Assembly: GCA_963705275.1 (NCBI GenBank)
Contig: OY970063.1
Span: 1,329,039 to 1,393,038, forward strand
DNA: 64,000 bases
Direction: 5' to 3'
Source: an uncultured delta proteobacterium
Lineage (GTDB): Bacteria > Desulfobacterota > Syntrophia > Syntrophales > UBA2185
Each line of letters starts with the position of its first letter. Position 1 is the first letter of the stretch. Both the position numbers and the translations under genes were made by a program. The notes below the pieces were generated by a model. That model saw nothing but the letters and a program-made list of their open reading frames with translations. It had not been told where the DNA came from and did not search any database. Positions 62,753-64,000 of this stretch are shown here, piece by piece.

Positions 62753-63586
62753 TCATTTCCCTACAGTGTGGGCGGGTACCTCAATTGGCGGCTTGTAAGA
62801 TGCCTTATCCGGTTTCTTGTGAAGGTGCGCACACTTATGTTTTGCCAGACCAAAATAGCTAAGAACCAGATTTTTTTTCATTAATTGTATGGCCCGCGCA
62901 GGGTCAACGCCCTTGGGGCATACCTTCGAACATTCCCCGGCATAGTGGCAGCTGAAGATGCCATGGCTGGCAGCAACGAGATTCTTGCGGGCATCTCCTG
63001 CATCATCCCGCGAATCGGTATTGTAACGGTATACCTGGGTGAGTGGCGCAGGCCCCGGATACTCCTTGTCGGTCGCCATTGTGGGACATCCTGCCATGCA
63101 GCAACCACACTTTATACAGTAGGTGAATTGCAGGAATTCCTCCAGCTGATGGTGCGTCTGGAAGTATTCCATGGTAGGATTTTCCATCTCTTCCGCATCA
63201 CTTCTCTGGATATACGGTTGTATGCCCTTGAAAACGCCGAACATGGGAACAAGATCAGGCACCAGGTCCCTGATAAGGTTGAAGTTGGGCAACGGCGCAA
63301 GCGTCAAGGCCGTCGTCGTCACATCAAGAATCTGTGTGTTACAGGCCAGTCCGGGTACCCCGTTGATCATCATCGCGCAAGACCCGCATACGCCCATGCG
63401 GCAGGAAAAGCGGAAGCCGAGGCTAGAGTCCTGCGTCTGTTTGAGTATGTGCAAACCATCAAGGACTGTCATCCCTCTTTCGACTTGCAGTGTATACTGC
63501 TGCTGTCGGGGAGCTGCATCTTTTTCAGGGTCAAAGCGACGGATATATACGGCCAGACTATATTTTTTATCAGTTTCTTTTTCCAT
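62753..63586 (-). CDS. sdhB: Succinate dehydrogenase/fumarate reductase iron-sulfur subunit
   Basis: It has a [2Fe-2S] motif (CRMGVCGSCAMMINGVPGLAC), a [4Fe-4S] motif (CIKCGCCMAGCP) and a third cluster (CHYAGECSKVCP). I place the start at ATG 63586 (GGAAGGA RBS). The ORF track extends to 63649. Confidence 0.85.
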   Translation of the reverse strand: MEKETDKKYSLAVYIRRFDPEKDAAPRQQQYTLQVERGMTVLDGLHILKQTQDSSLGFRFSCRMGVCGSCAMMINGVPGLACNTQILDVTTTALTLAPLPNFNLIRDLVPDLVPMFGVFKGIQPYIQRSDAEEMENPTMEYFQTHHQLEEFLQFTYCIKCGCCMAGCPTMATDKEYPGPAPLTQVYRYNTDSRDDAGDARKNLVAASHGIFSCHYAGECSKVCPKGVDPARAIQLMKKNLVLSYFGLAKHKCAHLHKKPDKASYKPPIEVPAHTVGK

Positions 63587-63599
63587 TTTCTCATCCTTC

Positions 63600-63971
63600 C
63601 TATAAAGCGGTTTCCAAAGCTTTTGCCGCAACGGCTGCATATGTGCCAATACCGAAAAGAATCAGTCCGACTATCCACAATACAACAGTGAGCCCATCCT
63701 GAAAGGATTTCTTGGGCCCAAGTTCAGACACGATCACCCTTAATCCATAAAACCCATGGTATAATACTGCACCCAGCAAGATGATATAGGTAAAGGCAAG
63801 GAACTGATTCTGACTTCGGAAGGCTACGTTGCCCCAGTCTGTGACGGCACCACCTTCAGGATTGAAGACTCCAAACATGGGCAGATGCATTATCACCATA
63901 TGCAATCCTGCAATGATAAGAATGACGATTCCTGCAATTAAAAACCAAGTCCAGTAAGCGGTTTCCTTCAT
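63600..63971 (-). CDS. Small three-helix membrane protein, putative SDH/FRD membrane anchor (b-type cytochrome-like)
   Basis: About 123 aa from ATG 63971 (GGGAGG 5 nt upstream). It has three hydrophobic helices with His residues (AGLHMVIMHL; VLYHGFYG) and lies directly upstream of sdhB. The assignment is by context only. Confidence 0.45.
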   Translation of the reverse strand: MKETAYWTWFLIAGIVILIIAGLHMVIMHLPMFGVFNPEGGAVTDWGNVAFRSQNQFLAFTYIILLGAVLYHGFYGLRVIVSELGPKKSFQDGLTVVLWIVGLILFGIGTYAAVAAKALETAL

Positions 63972-64000
63972 GACTACCTCCCTAATGACTTCCAAAGAAT

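Noticed and set aside
62885-63691. 268-aa ORF on the + strand.
   Set aside because: It is antisense to sdhB, which has three canonical Fe-S cluster motifs.

Overview
This 64-kb chromosomal window has gene content typical of an anaerobic, syntrophic deltaproteobacterium (Syntrophus/Smithella-like). That identity is an impression from recalled gene families, not a verified match. I count about 60 protein-coding genes and saw no rRNA, tRNA, CRISPR array, transposase or phage genes. All calls come from reading the ORF translations and the DNA by eye, so start codons are approximate and family names rest on motifs I recognise. Layout: (1) 1-10.9 kb is a type IV pilus locus. pilN(partial)-pilO-pilP-pilQ and a PilF/PilW-type TPR lipoprotein lie on the + strand. 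Converging on them is a minus-strand operon of a DsbC-like isomerase, FimT/PilV/PilW/PilX minor pilins and a Cys-rich vWA-PilY1, headed by what reads as a c-di-GMP-I (GEMM-I) riboswitch. (2) 11-25.5 kb is housekeeping: TPR protein, Xaa-Pro peptidase, gcvH plus a lipoyl ligase/transferase, hisC, rpsU, LOG, holA, yacP, acyl-CoA dehydrogenase, rpe, waaA and a four-subunit 2-oxoacid:ferredoxin oxidoreductase. (3) 25.8-36.1 kb is one minus-strand string: zinc-ribbon protein, hflX, then four tandem paralogs of a polytopic-membrane plus TPR protein (TMTC/PMT-like GT-C glycosyltransferase architecture), with clear gene-conversion tracts between paralogs. (4) 36.2-37.6 kb is a porin. (5) 38.2-47.5 kb is a BirA-controlled biotin locus in which bioA and bioF/bioD are separated by a private ACP/KAS/KR/two-hotdog/nitroreductase module. 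No known pimelate-synthesis gene is visible here, and this is the best candidate for an uncharacterised system. (6) 48-64 kb is syntrophy-type energy and carbon metabolism: acs, etfBA plus a membrane Fe-S oxidoreductase, two acyl-CoA ligases, thiolase, apgM, folD, mdh and sdhB with a small membrane anchor.
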